A program made the translations under genes and the position numbers. Shown here piece after piece: positions 19,870 through 26,775 of a stretch of 64,000 bases of DNA (the stretch's first letter is position 1; every line of letters starts with the position of its first letter). The notes beneath the pieces are model-generated. The model was not told where the DNA came from and did no database searches. It was given only the letters and a program-made list of their open reading frames with translations. The DNA lies in the IMG/VR virus record IMGVR_UViG_3300031787_000001, positions 62,001 through 126,000 of that record; one strand, 5' to 3'.

Positions 19870-20235
19870 ATGGAAATACTTTTCTTTATTTTAGGAATTA
19901 CTTCCGTGGTGGTTATTGCGACCGCAATAGTTGCTGTGGTAAGTATTGTTAAGGTAACAAAGTTACAAACAAAAGTTAAAGATGGTTTTGATGGTGTTTA
20001 TCATTCAATTGATAATACACATACTTCCATCGATAACACAAAAAGAGATACTCACGATAACATCGGAAGATTAAATGAAGAAGTTAATCGTAGAGTTGAT
20101 AACCTCGAAAGAGAAACCTTCTCACAGTTAGATTCTCGATTAGATAAGTTGGAAACGAAGTTAAAAACTTACGTTCACACTAATGCAACCATGATGAAAC
20201 TTGCATTAGATACACATAAAGCAACATCAAAATAA
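19870..20235 (+). CDS. membrane-anchored coiled-coil protein
   Basis: ATG 19870 with AAGGAG at 19855-19860; N-terminal TM helix; flanked by 19-bp inverted repeat. Confidence 0.7.
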   Translation: MEILFFILGITSVVVIATAIVAVVSIVKVTKLQTKVKDGFDGVYHSIDNTHTSIDNTKRDTHDNIGRLNEEVNRRVDNLERETFSQLDSRLDKLETKLKTYVHTNATMMKLALDTHKATSK

Positions 20236-20391
20236 AATAAAAGTCAAAAGAACGATAGTATTAAGGTTGAACGGGGAATGAAGATTAAGACACCTGTTGG
20301 TGGTTGGTGATTATCTTCGGAGTTGGAACCAACATAGTAATGCCGTTCGTAAAAGAGGATGTCCACTCGACCATCTTCCTCTTTCCTTCTT

Positions 20392-20462
20392 GGTCTCATA
20401 GTTTAAGGGAAAAACGGTAGCCTTCTAAGCTTCTGATCCTAGTTCGAGTCTAGGTGAGACTA
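20392..20462 (+). tRNA. tRNA-Arg(UCU)
   Basis: ggtctca/tgagact acceptor, loop cttctaa. Confidence 0.85.
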
Positions 20463-20683
20463 CAAAGTTCCTGTAGGCCGCGGGATCGTAGTTCCTCTAT
20501 TCCACTGACAAAAGTCAAGAAAAGAGCCAGATCGTAAGCTGGATGGGTTGACAACTTTCCCACTGACTCGGAAAAAAGTTGTAAATTTTAAGCGGGTCCT
20601 CGCTTCCCACGGTTTAATAGTACAAGGATAATGAAGGGAATAATACGACCCCTAAGACCTGCTTTTATTAAAAAAAATAAAAT

Positions 20684-21115
20684 ATGAATTACAAATTAAA
20701 AGAAATGCCCGAAAAAGTATATTGGGCGGAAACAAAACAATTTACAGTTGAAAATGAAAATGGTGAAACATTTGATATTCGAATTGGTGAAAGTTCAAAA
20801 TTTACTGAATATTGGATTTGGAAAGATCCGGGTGGATGGGAAGAAATTGATGATGATGATCTTATGGAGTATATAAATGAACAATTTGCCGATGATGAAT
20901 GGGAATTTGAACTTTCTGCACAAAAAGAAAGAGAAGAAAAAATGGATAAAATTATTGATGAATATATTAAAGAAAATGGTGATCAAATAAAAATAGATGA
21001 ATTAGTGTCTAAAATAAGTAGAGAAAATCTATATCCACGAAATATCACATTTTACGAAGAGTTTTATCACAACTATCATTATGTCAATAAAAAAATAAAA
21101 CAACTTAATAAATAA
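20684..21115 (+). CDS. hypothetical acidic protein
   Basis: 143 aa ORF. Confidence 0.55.
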   Translation: MNYKLKEMPEKVYWAETKQFTVENENGETFDIRIGESSKFTEYWIWKDPGGWEEIDDDDLMEYINEQFADDEWEFELSAQKEREEKMDKIIDEYIKENGDQIKIDELVSKISRENLYPRNITFYEEFYHNYHYVNKKIKQLNK

Positions 21116-21117
21116 AA

Positions 21118-21321
21118 ATGGAAAATTATAGAAAAGTATTAATTTTTGTGATGTGTTTTTTGGTCACATTTATCGGTGGCATTATTGTTACAGAATTATC
21201 CGCCTATCTTTTAACTTTACCAAATACAATTGCAAATATTTTTGGTTATATCATTTTAATCACTACCTTTGTATTGATCCTCTTATTAGGACATAAATTA
21301 GTAAAATCTTTAAACAAATAA
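21118..21321 (+). CDS. small membrane protein (2 TM)
   Basis: two hydrophobic segments. Confidence 0.6.
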   Translation: MENYRKVLIFVMCFLVTFIGGIIVTELSAYLLTLPNTIANIFGYIILITTFVLILLLGHKLVKSLNK

Positions 21322-21332
21322 AAAAAACAGTT

Positions 21333-22277
21333 ATGATTGGAATTATCACATTTACCTTATCGGTAGTAGTATTAGGAATTTTATTCGGAGTATTTAACTT
21401 CAAAAATTATTTGTCAGAACCTGACAAGTACAATAATACAAAAATAAAAGCGAGTGCAGTTATTAAAGCGGTTGTTGTGTTTATTGTATCTATTATCTTG
21501 GCAATCATCAATCCAATTTCAGTTGAACGAATTGATGTTGGACACGTAGGATTAAAAATCAACAACACCGGAGATGAAAAAGGTATCAGTAAGACCACAT
21601 ATGTAACGGGTTGGGTGTTTTATAATAGTTGGTTATCTCGTATTAAGGAGTATCCCGTGACCCAACAACATGTAGATTACGAAGAAACCGCAATCATCAC
21701 AAAAGGTGGGTTCCAAGCGGTAATTAAACCAAGTTTTAACTGGTCTGTGAATCCATCCAATGCCGCTGATATGTATCAAAATCTCAGACAAGATGTTGAT
21801 CAGATTAAAGAAACTTGGTTGAAGAACGCTATTATAGGTGCCGTGAATGATGTTGCCAACTTATATAGTGTCGATTCAATTTTTAATCATCGAGCCGAAT
21901 TTGAATCTGACATTGTAAAAGAATGTAATTTAAGGGTTAGTAAATGGTTTAACGTATCTCAATTAAGAACAAATATTGTTCCTCCAAAAGAGATCACGGA
22001 AGCCATCAACCAAAAGACCAAGGCGGTTCAAGAAGCTCAAGCGGCTATCCAACAAAAGATCGTGGCCGAAGCTCAGGCTTTAACACAGATCGCAAAGGCA
22101 AAAGGTGATAGTGCTCAAGCGGTGATTGCAGCATCCGGTAGGGCTGAAGCGGTGAGAAAAGAACAACAATACTTAACACCGATGTATATTGAGTATATTA
22201 GAGCACAAAGATGGGATGGTAAGTATCCACAAACAATGCTCGGTTCTGGTGGAAATGTGTTGTTAAATTTGAAATAG
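21333..22277 (+). CDS. SPFH/band-7 (prohibitin-like) membrane protein
   Basis: two N-terminal TMs, RIDVGHVG, Ala-rich coiled coil, C-terminal WDGKYP. Confidence 0.85.
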   Translation: MIGIITFTLSVVVLGILFGVFNFKNYLSEPDKYNNTKIKASAVIKAVVVFIVSIILAIINPISVERIDVGHVGLKINNTGDEKGISKTTYVTGWVFYNSWLSRIKEYPVTQQHVDYEETAIITKGGFQAVIKPSFNWSVNPSNAADMYQNLRQDVDQIKETWLKNAIIGAVNDVANLYSVDSIFNHRAEFESDIVKECNLRVSKWFNVSQLRTNIVPPKEITEAINQKTKAVQEAQAAIQQKIVAEAQALTQIAKAKGDSAQAVIAASGRAEAVRKEQQYLTPMYIEYIRAQRWDGKYPQTMLGSGGNVLLNLK

Positions 22278-22284
22278 AATATTA

Positions 22285-22487
22285 AGTCAGGTGGCGGAAT
22301 AGAATGTAATGATGATTTGGACGATTAGTCGACACGTAATCACGTGACTATTTCTATCCTTATCAGATGTTGAATCATCGAATCTTACATTCTTTGGTAG
22401 ACGATAATCACGGAAACCTAATGAGGTAGAGAACGCAAGTGAGAGGTATCTGCGGATACCGTACGGGTTCGAATCCTGTCCTGACTA
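22285..22487 (+). ncRNA. tRNA-Leu-like RNA with ~93 nt D-loop hairpin insertion and remodelled anticodon arm
   Basis: acceptor agtcagg/cctgact; D motif tggcggaat...tggtagacg split by agaatgtaa...ttacattct; T arm acggg-ttcgaat-cctgt. Confidence 0.7.
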
Positions 22488-22501
22488 CAATTTTGATATT
22501 T

Positions 22502-23062
22502 ATGGGAATGTTAAGAAAAATAAAATATTGGTTTGAATACGAAGGAAGATATCTTCACAAAGATTTTATTAAAGGTGTAAAAAATCTGTGGAAATGGTTT
22601 CCAACTATTTGGAAAGATAGAGAACATGACTATCATTTTATTTTAGTTCTTCTTGAAAAGAAACTTAATTTTCAATCAAAATATATTGGTTATAAAAATA
22701 GACATTCAGAAGCAACTAGAGATTCTGAACGTATGATGACATGTGTTCGTCTTATACAAAAAATAAAAGAAGATTACTATAATACGGAATATGTGGATTA
22801 TCAAAAAAGTGAATTTCATTTTGATCCCATTCCCGATAGACCTACCCACAAACAACTTCGTATTGAGGAAATTTCAGATAATTTTGATGATTATTTTAAA
22901 ATATATCCTCGTATCTATAAAAAAGTTTTTAATGAACTTGATGTGGATCAAAGAAACTCAAAAAGAATTATTGCTATTCGTATGAGTTGGGAAAATCACA
23001 ACAGAGCAAAAAAACTTTTATTTAAAATGATGGAAAATCATATCGAGTCTTGGTGGGATTGA
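22502..23062 (+). CDS. hypothetical protein
   Basis: Trp-rich ORF (NLWKWFPTIWKDR...ESWWD); start moved to ATG 22502 after the tRNA-like RNA. Confidence 0.65.
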   Translation: MGMLRKIKYWFEYEGRYLHKDFIKGVKNLWKWFPTIWKDREHDYHFILVLLEKKLNFQSKYIGYKNRHSEATRDSERMMTCVRLIQKIKEDYYNTEYVDYQKSEFHFDPIPDRPTHKQLRIEEISDNFDDYFKIYPRIYKKVFNELDVDQRNSKRIIAIRMSWENHNRAKKLLFKMMENHIESWWD

Positions 23063-23099
23063 TTTTTTTTCTTATATTATATAAAATAAAACATAAATT

Positions 23100-23345
23100 A
23101 TGAAATGTATCAAATCAATTAAGTCAACTAAAAACACCGAAATCGGGGTAATTAAAAGAATTGACGACAAAGAAGCAGAATCAATGGTTAAATCAGGTTA
23201 TTGGAAATATGTTCCTAAATCTGAATTTAAAATTAAAAAAGTAAAAGAAGATGAAACATTAAGGGAACAATATCCCGCCAATGTTGAAGGATCAAAAGAA
23301 TTTAACAAGGCAAATAAAAAAAATAATAAAAAAGTTTCGAAATAA
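23100..23345 (+). CDS. hypothetical basic protein
   Basis: 81 aa ORF. Confidence 0.55.
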   Translation: MKCIKSIKSTKNTEIGVIKRIDDKEAESMVKSGYWKYVPKSEFKIKKVKEDETLREQYPANVEGSKEFNKANKKNNKKVSK

Positions 23346-23394
23346 TTTTTTTATTATTTCAAATTTACATATATTTGCATATATTTATAAGACA

Positions 23395-23487
23395 ATGACA
23401 AACTTGTTTAACATACTAACGATAGAGAATACACCAAATAATGGTGGTGGGTATGATGTGCCAGTATACAAACAAGTTCGGAGTTAA
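23395..23487 (+). CDS. leader peptide 1 (30 aa, MTNLFNILTIENTPNNGGGYDVPVYKQVRS) of tRNA array 1
   Basis: codons 6-25 all read by array-1 tRNAs; preceded by TATATTTG (23370-23377) and TATTTATA (23382-23389); followed by terminator. Confidence 0.8.
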   Translation: MTNLFNILTIENTPNNGGGYDVPVYKQVRS

Positions 23488-23547
23488 AAAAATTTATTAA
23501 AACAAAATAAACATAAACCCGAACACAAAAAGTTCGGGTTTTTTTTG
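23401..23547 (+). promoter_or_regulatory. attenuator 1 (1:2, antiterminator and terminator helices)
   Basis: aacttgttt (23401-09) pairs aaacaagtt (23470-78); gttcggagtt (23476-85) pairs aacccgaac (23516-24); terminator aaacccgaac/gttcgggttt plus U-run. Confidence 0.8.
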
Positions 23548-23568
23548 TTAATAGATCTTTGAAATAAT

Positions 23569-23642
23569 CGGGATGTAGTTCAGTCCGGTAGAATGCTTGG
23601 TTTGGGACCAAGATGTCGTAGGTTCGAATCCTGCCATCCCGA
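23569..23642 (+). tRNA. tRNA-Pro(UGG)
   Basis: cttgg-tttggga-ccaag. Confidence 0.93.
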
Positions 23643-23648
23643 CATAAT

Positions 23649-23720
23649 GTCTTCTTAGCTCAACGGTAGAGCAATTGGCTGTTAACCAATAGGTTTTAGG
23701 TTCGAATCCTAAAGAGGACG
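23649..23720 (+). tRNA. tRNA-Asn(GUU)
   Basis: attgg-ctgttaa-ccaat. Confidence 0.93.
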
Positions 23721-23725
23721 CAATC

Positions 23726-23807
23726 GCCCCGATGGTGGAATTGGTAGTCACGGCAGACTTAGGATCTGTTGCCTTATGGTGTGAGAGTTCGAGTCTCTCT
23801 TGGGGTA
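23726..23807 (+). tRNA. tRNA-Leu(UAG)
   Basis: gcaga-cttagga-tctgt, variable arm. Confidence 0.92.
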
Positions 23808-23816
23808 CATTAAATT

Positions 23817-23889
23817 GGCCGATTAGTTCAGCAGGTTAGAATGCGTGACTTGTAATCATGAGACGACAGTTCGATTCTGTCATTGGCCT
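23817..23889 (+). tRNA. tRNA-Thr(UGU)
   Basis: cgtga-cttgtaa-tcatg. Confidence 0.9.
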
Positions 23890-23894
23890 CATAA

Positions 23895-23968
23895 GCGGAT
23901 TTCGCCTAGTTGGCATGGCACCACACTTCCACTGTGGAATAGGGTCGGTTCGAGACCGTCAATCCGCT
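23895..23968 (+). tRNA. tRNA-Gly(UCC)
   Basis: ccaca-cttccac-tgtgg, U73. Confidence 0.88.
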
Positions 23969-24014
23969 CAGAATTTTTTTTATTCAAATATATTTTGTAT
24001 GTTTGAATTTGTAA

Positions 24015-24097
24015 GGTGTAGTTGAGCAATTGGTTGGCTCGCCGGACTGTAAATCCGGTCCCTTCGGGGCTTGTAGGTTCGAGTCCTACCTACACCA
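24015..24097 (+). tRNA. tRNA-Tyr(GUA)
   Basis: ccgga-ctgtaaa-tccgg, variable arm. Confidence 0.92.
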
Positions 24098-24103
24098 CAA
24101 ATT

Positions 24104-24175
24104 GCCGCTGTCGTCTAACGGTTAGGACGCGTCCCTTTCACGGACAAAATGCGAGTTCGATTCTCGTCGGTGGTA
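24104..24175 (+). tRNA. tRNA-Glu(UUC)
   Basis: gtcc-ctttcac-ggac. Confidence 0.9.
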
Positions 24176-24180
24176 CGATT

Positions 24181-24252
24181 GGTCTCATAGTTAATCGGCT
24201 ATAATATTGCCCTGTCACGGCAAAGTGCCGGGTTCGATTCCCGGTGGGACCG
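24181..24252 (+). tRNA. tRNA-Asp(GUC)
   Basis: ttgcc-ctgtcac-ggcaa. Confidence 0.92.
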
Positions 24253-24301
24253 CAAACTTCAGGAGTAATTAACCTGAAGATGGAAGGTTCGAAACTTTCG
24301 A

Positions 24302-24403
24302 TTGGCTATGGTGTAATGGGCACACTGGTCCCGTGATTGGCTCGGTTATCGTCGAGTTTCAGTCGGGACCGGGGGATTCAGGTTCAATTCCTGATTGGTC
24401 AGC
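24302..24403 (+). ncRNA. tRNA-like RNA with anticodon arm extended into a long hairpin
   Basis: D arm gtgt/acac; stem ggtccc/gggacc enclosing ~32 nt hairpin; T arm tcagg-ttcaatt-cctga. Confidence 0.6.
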
Positions 24404-24408
24404 AAAAT

Positions 24409-24482
24409 GGACCCTTAGCTCAGTAGGTTAGAGCAAATGACTCATAATCATTAGGTGCACGGTTCGAGCCCGTGAGGGTCCA
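24409..24482 (+). tRNA. tRNA(CAU), most likely Ile2 (lysidine, reads AUA)
   Basis: aatga-ctcataa-tcatt; GGACCCU acceptor resembles Ile2; leader 1 uses ATA codons. Confidence 0.8.
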
Positions 24483-24487
24483 CATTT

Positions 24488-24559
24488 AGTCCTTTAGCTT
24501 AGTGGGAAAGCGGTTGTCTTACATGCAACATAGAGTGTGTTCGATTCACACAGGGACTA
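24488..24559 (+). tRNA. tRNA-Val(UAC)
   Basis: gttgt-cttacat-gcaac. Confidence 0.88.
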
Positions 24560-24667
24560 CCCCCGATATGTATGTGTAAGCAAGAAGCATATCATCAGTT
24601 GGGATCTTACAGTCCACGAACTGGGGTCCGGTGGGAACCGGGATGAGAGTACCCGAACCTCTCAAAC

Positions 24668-24739
24668 GCAGATATAGCACAATGGTTAGTGTTCGGCCTT
24701 GCCAAGGCTGAGATGCCAGTTCGAATCTGACTATCTGCT
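24668..24739 (+). tRNA. tRNA-Gly(GCC)
   Basis: cggcc-ttgccaa-ggctg. Confidence 0.9.
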
Positions 24740-24744
24740 CAAAT

Positions 24745-24894
24745 TGTACTGTGGTGAAATTGGCAGACACCCCCACTCGTCTCGTGGGCGTCGACAACGA
24801 AATAGGTAAATGGATAAGGGTTGACCACAAGCTAGCTAGCATATTTGTCCTTTACCGAATCGCGACATAGACGGTTCGAATCCTCTCGGTACAG
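24745..24894 (+). ncRNA. tRNA-like RNA with Leu-type D arm and ~80 nt variable-arm hairpin
   Basis: acceptor tgtactg/cggtaca; D arm ggtgaaattggcagacac; arm cccac-tcgtctc-gtggg lacking U33; T loop ttcgaat. Confidence 0.65.
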
Positions 24895-24923
24895 CATATA
24901 TTTTTGACAAATAAAAATAGTTT

Positions 24924-25163
24924 ATGACGATCTTAATCGGCATCAATGAATTAGAAGAAGAATTTCAAATACCGTGGAAGATGGGATTAGTTAATCATTT
25001 GGTCATTGATTACGCAGACAACGCAATCTATGGTACATTTGAGAAAAAAGAAGTAATTATTTTTAGGTTCAAAAAATATGGTTGGGTTTGTGATAATAGA
25101 TACAATTTATACACACTATCAAGTGGTGAGGCAGGTATCATGATTAACATGAATTCAACATAA
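24924..25163 (+). CDS. hypothetical protein
   Basis: 79 aa ORF between tRNA arrays. Confidence 0.5.
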   Translation: MTILIGINELEEEFQIPWKMGLVNHLVIDYADNAIYGTFEKKEVIIFRFKKYGWVCDNRYNLYTLSSGEAGIMINMNST

Positions 25164-25187
25164 AATATTTATTAATAACAACATGTT

Positions 25188-25649
25188 ATGAGAAAATTTA
25201 AAACATTATTCGGAATTGAGATTGATAATCTTGCTGAATATATTAAAGAATATATTTCAACAAGAGAAAATGTGGAGATATTAGTTGGCGCCGATTCTCA
25301 AAATTATAGTAATAGAAAAACTATATATGGAGTTGTTATTGCCTTATACACAAAAGGTAAAGGTGCACATGTTTTGTGTTCAAGAGATACTGTTCCAATT
25401 GAGAGAAACACATCAACCAGATTACTTACTGAAGTTTGGAAATCAATTGAGACCGCAGAATTTTTAAAAGAAAATGGTTTACCAAAACCATTATGGATTG
25501 ATATTGACTTAAATCCTGATCCGAAATTTAAATCAAATACCGTATTAAGACAAGCGGTTGGTCTTGTTGAAGGTATGGGTTATCAAGTTAGATATAAACA
25601 ATTAGGTGCTATGGTAACATACGCCGCAAATCACTTAGTTAGAAATTAA
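25188..25649 (+). CDS. RNase H-like YkuK (DUF458) family protein
   Basis: LVGADSQ, RLLTEVWKSIE, IDIDLN, YAANHL. Confidence 0.75.
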   Translation: MRKFKTLFGIEIDNLAEYIKEYISTRENVEILVGADSQNYSNRKTIYGVVIALYTKGKGAHVLCSRDTVPIERNTSTRLLTEVWKSIETAEFLKENGLPKPLWIDIDLNPDPKFKSNTVLRQAVGLVEGMGYQVRYKQLGAMVTYAANHLVRN

Positions 25650-25661
25650 ATTATACTTTTC

Positions 25662-25692
25662 TTTGTTTTTACAATATTTATTATTATCTTTG
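25662..25692 (+). promoter_or_regulatory. Bacteroidota-type promoter for leader 2/array 2
   Basis: TTTG 25662-25665, 19 nt, TATCTTTG 25685-25692. Confidence 0.72.
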
Positions 25693-25714
25693 TAAAACAA
25701 AAGATTAAAAAAAT

Positions 25715-25878
25715 AAATTCGATGAAACAGTTCAAACATATTATGTCGTTTATTAGTTGTTCAAAATGGGCAAGTCAGCGTCATATCCGTATGTCCCGAT
25801 CTGTTTGTATGAATTTGTGTTAAAATATTTTAATAAGTAATTCAAAAAAACCTCGGGACAAAATCTCGAGGTTTTTTG
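25715..25878 (+). promoter_or_regulatory. attenuator 2 (antiterminator/terminator)
   Basis: tgtcccga (25792-99) is the exact complement of tcgggaca (25853-60); terminator cctcggga/tctcgagg plus U6; aaacag (25725-30) pairs ctgttt (25801-06) and aaattc (25715-20) pairs gaattt (25811-16). Confidence 0.82.
25722..25823 (+). CDS. leader peptide 2 (33 aa, MKQFKHIMSFISCSKWASQRHIRMSRSVCMNLC) of tRNA array 2
   Basis: codons 1-27 all fall in codon families read by array-2 tRNAs; not in ORF track because <60 aa. Confidence 0.82.
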   Translation: MKQFKHIMSFISCSKWASQRHIRMSRSVCMNLC

Positions 25879-25884
25879 TTTTAT

Positions 25885-25957
25885 GGGCTGTCATGTTCCA
25901 AGGCTGGCGAAGGACCCTTGCAAGGTCTTTGGGAGATTTCGATTATCTCACGGTCCA
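25885..25957 (+). tRNA. tRNA-Ala(UGC), atypical D arm
   Basis: G3.U70 acceptor, ggacc-cttgcaa-ggtct. Confidence 0.85.
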
Positions 25958-25963
25958 CATAAT

Positions 25964-26037
25964 GTTCGGGTAGATCAATTGGTGAGATCATTCGCCTGAT
26001 ACGCGAAAGGTTGTAGGTTCGAGTCCTACTCCGAACA
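25964..26037 (+). tRNA. tRNA-Ile(GAU)
   Basis: ttcgc-ctgatac-gcgaa. Confidence 0.92.
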
Positions 26038-26042
26038 CGAAT

Positions 26043-26115
26043 GGTACACAAGCTAACTTAGTAGAAGCATTGGACTGAAAATCCAAGGGACTTGGAGCGT
26101 AACCAAGGTGTACCA
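26043..26115 (+). tRNA. tRNA-Phe(GAA), non-canonical D and T loops
   Basis: ttgga-ctgaaaa-tccaa; T loop agcgtaa. Confidence 0.8.
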
Positions 26116-26124
26116 CAAACATAT

Positions 26125-26198
26125 TCCCTCGTAACTCAATTGGCTAGAGTACCACACTTTTAATGTGGGAGTTTCGAGTTCGAATCTCGACGGGGGAA
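26125..26198 (+). tRNA. tRNA-Lys(UUU)
   Basis: ccaca-cttttaa-tgtgg. Confidence 0.92.
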
Positions 26199-26202
26199 CA
26201 AT

Positions 26203-26274
26203 GGTCGGATGGCCGAGTGGATTAGGTGGAGGTCTGCAAAACCTCTTACGTCAGTTCGATTCTGACTCCGACCT
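26203..26274 (+). tRNA. tRNA-Cys(GCA)
   Basis: gaggt-ctgcaaa-acctc, U73. Confidence 0.93.
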
Positions 26275-26281
26275 CAAATAC

Positions 26282-26354
26282 ACGGGTGTGGTGAAATTGG
26301 TTATCATTTCGGTCTCCAAAACCGACGTTTCAGATTCGAATTCTGACATCCGTG
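26282..26354 (+). tRNA. tRNA-Trp(CCA)
   Basis: tcggt-ctccaaa-accga. Confidence 0.92.
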
Positions 26355-26358
26355 CAAT

Positions 26359-26431
26359 GGTTCTATGGTGTAATGGATTAGCACACGAAGCTACGGACTT
26401 CGGAGTTTGGGTTCGAGTCCTAATAGAACCA
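26359..26431 (+). tRNA. tRNA-Arg(ACG)
   Basis: cgaag-ctacgga-cttcg. Confidence 0.9.
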
Positions 26432-26436
26432 CATAT

Positions 26437-26508
26437 TGTTCCGTGATGTAATGGTTAGCATACAAGAATTTGACTCTTGTAGTATAGGTTCGAGTCCTAT
26501 CGGAACAT
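26437..26508 (+). tRNA. tRNA-Gln(UUG)
   Basis: caaga-atttgac-tcttg, U1-A72. Confidence 0.88.
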
Positions 26509-26514
26509 CATAAA

Positions 26515-26597
26515 GGAGAGGTCGTATAGTGGTTTAGTACAGTAGTCTTGAAAACTACCGAGTTTAGGCTCCGTGGGTTCGAATCCCACCCTCTCCG
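26515..26597 (+). tRNA. tRNA-Ser(UGA)
   Basis: gtagt-cttgaaa-actac, variable arm, G73. Confidence 0.92.
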
Positions 26598-26602
26598 CAT
26601 AT

Positions 26603-26680
26603 GGTGGCCTGAGATGGGTTGGTTACATCGTCAGATTGTGGCTCTGAAGAACACGGGTTCGACTCCCGTAGGTCACACCA
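26603..26680 (+). tRNA. tRNA-His(GUG)
   Basis: tcaga-ttgtggc-tctga, G-1, CCA encoded. Confidence 0.88.
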
Positions 26681-26683
26681 AAA

Positions 26684-26772
26684 GGAGAGTAAACTACGAC
26701 GGTGAGTAGACATGCCTGCTAAGCATTGTGTTCGTTAATTCGGATGAGGTTCGATCCCTCTACTCTCCGCCA
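26684..26772 (+). tRNA. tRNA-Ser(GCU)
   Basis: loop ctgctaa, variable arm, GCCA end. Confidence 0.85.
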
Positions 26773-26775
26773 AAT

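Noticed and set aside
19832-20262. Insertion sequence/MITE suggested by the inverted repeat
   Set aside because: No transposase or target-site duplication; the enclosed ORF is a membrane protein.
22410-22430. Possible CUA amber-suppressor anticodon and stop-codon recoding
   Set aside because: No canonical 7-nt anticodon loop; long genes translate intact in code 11, with TAG and TGA used as stops.
23281-23394. 68-aa version of ORF 23281..23487
   Set aside because: Overlaps the upstream gene and promoter; only the 30-codon part from ATG 23395 is supported.
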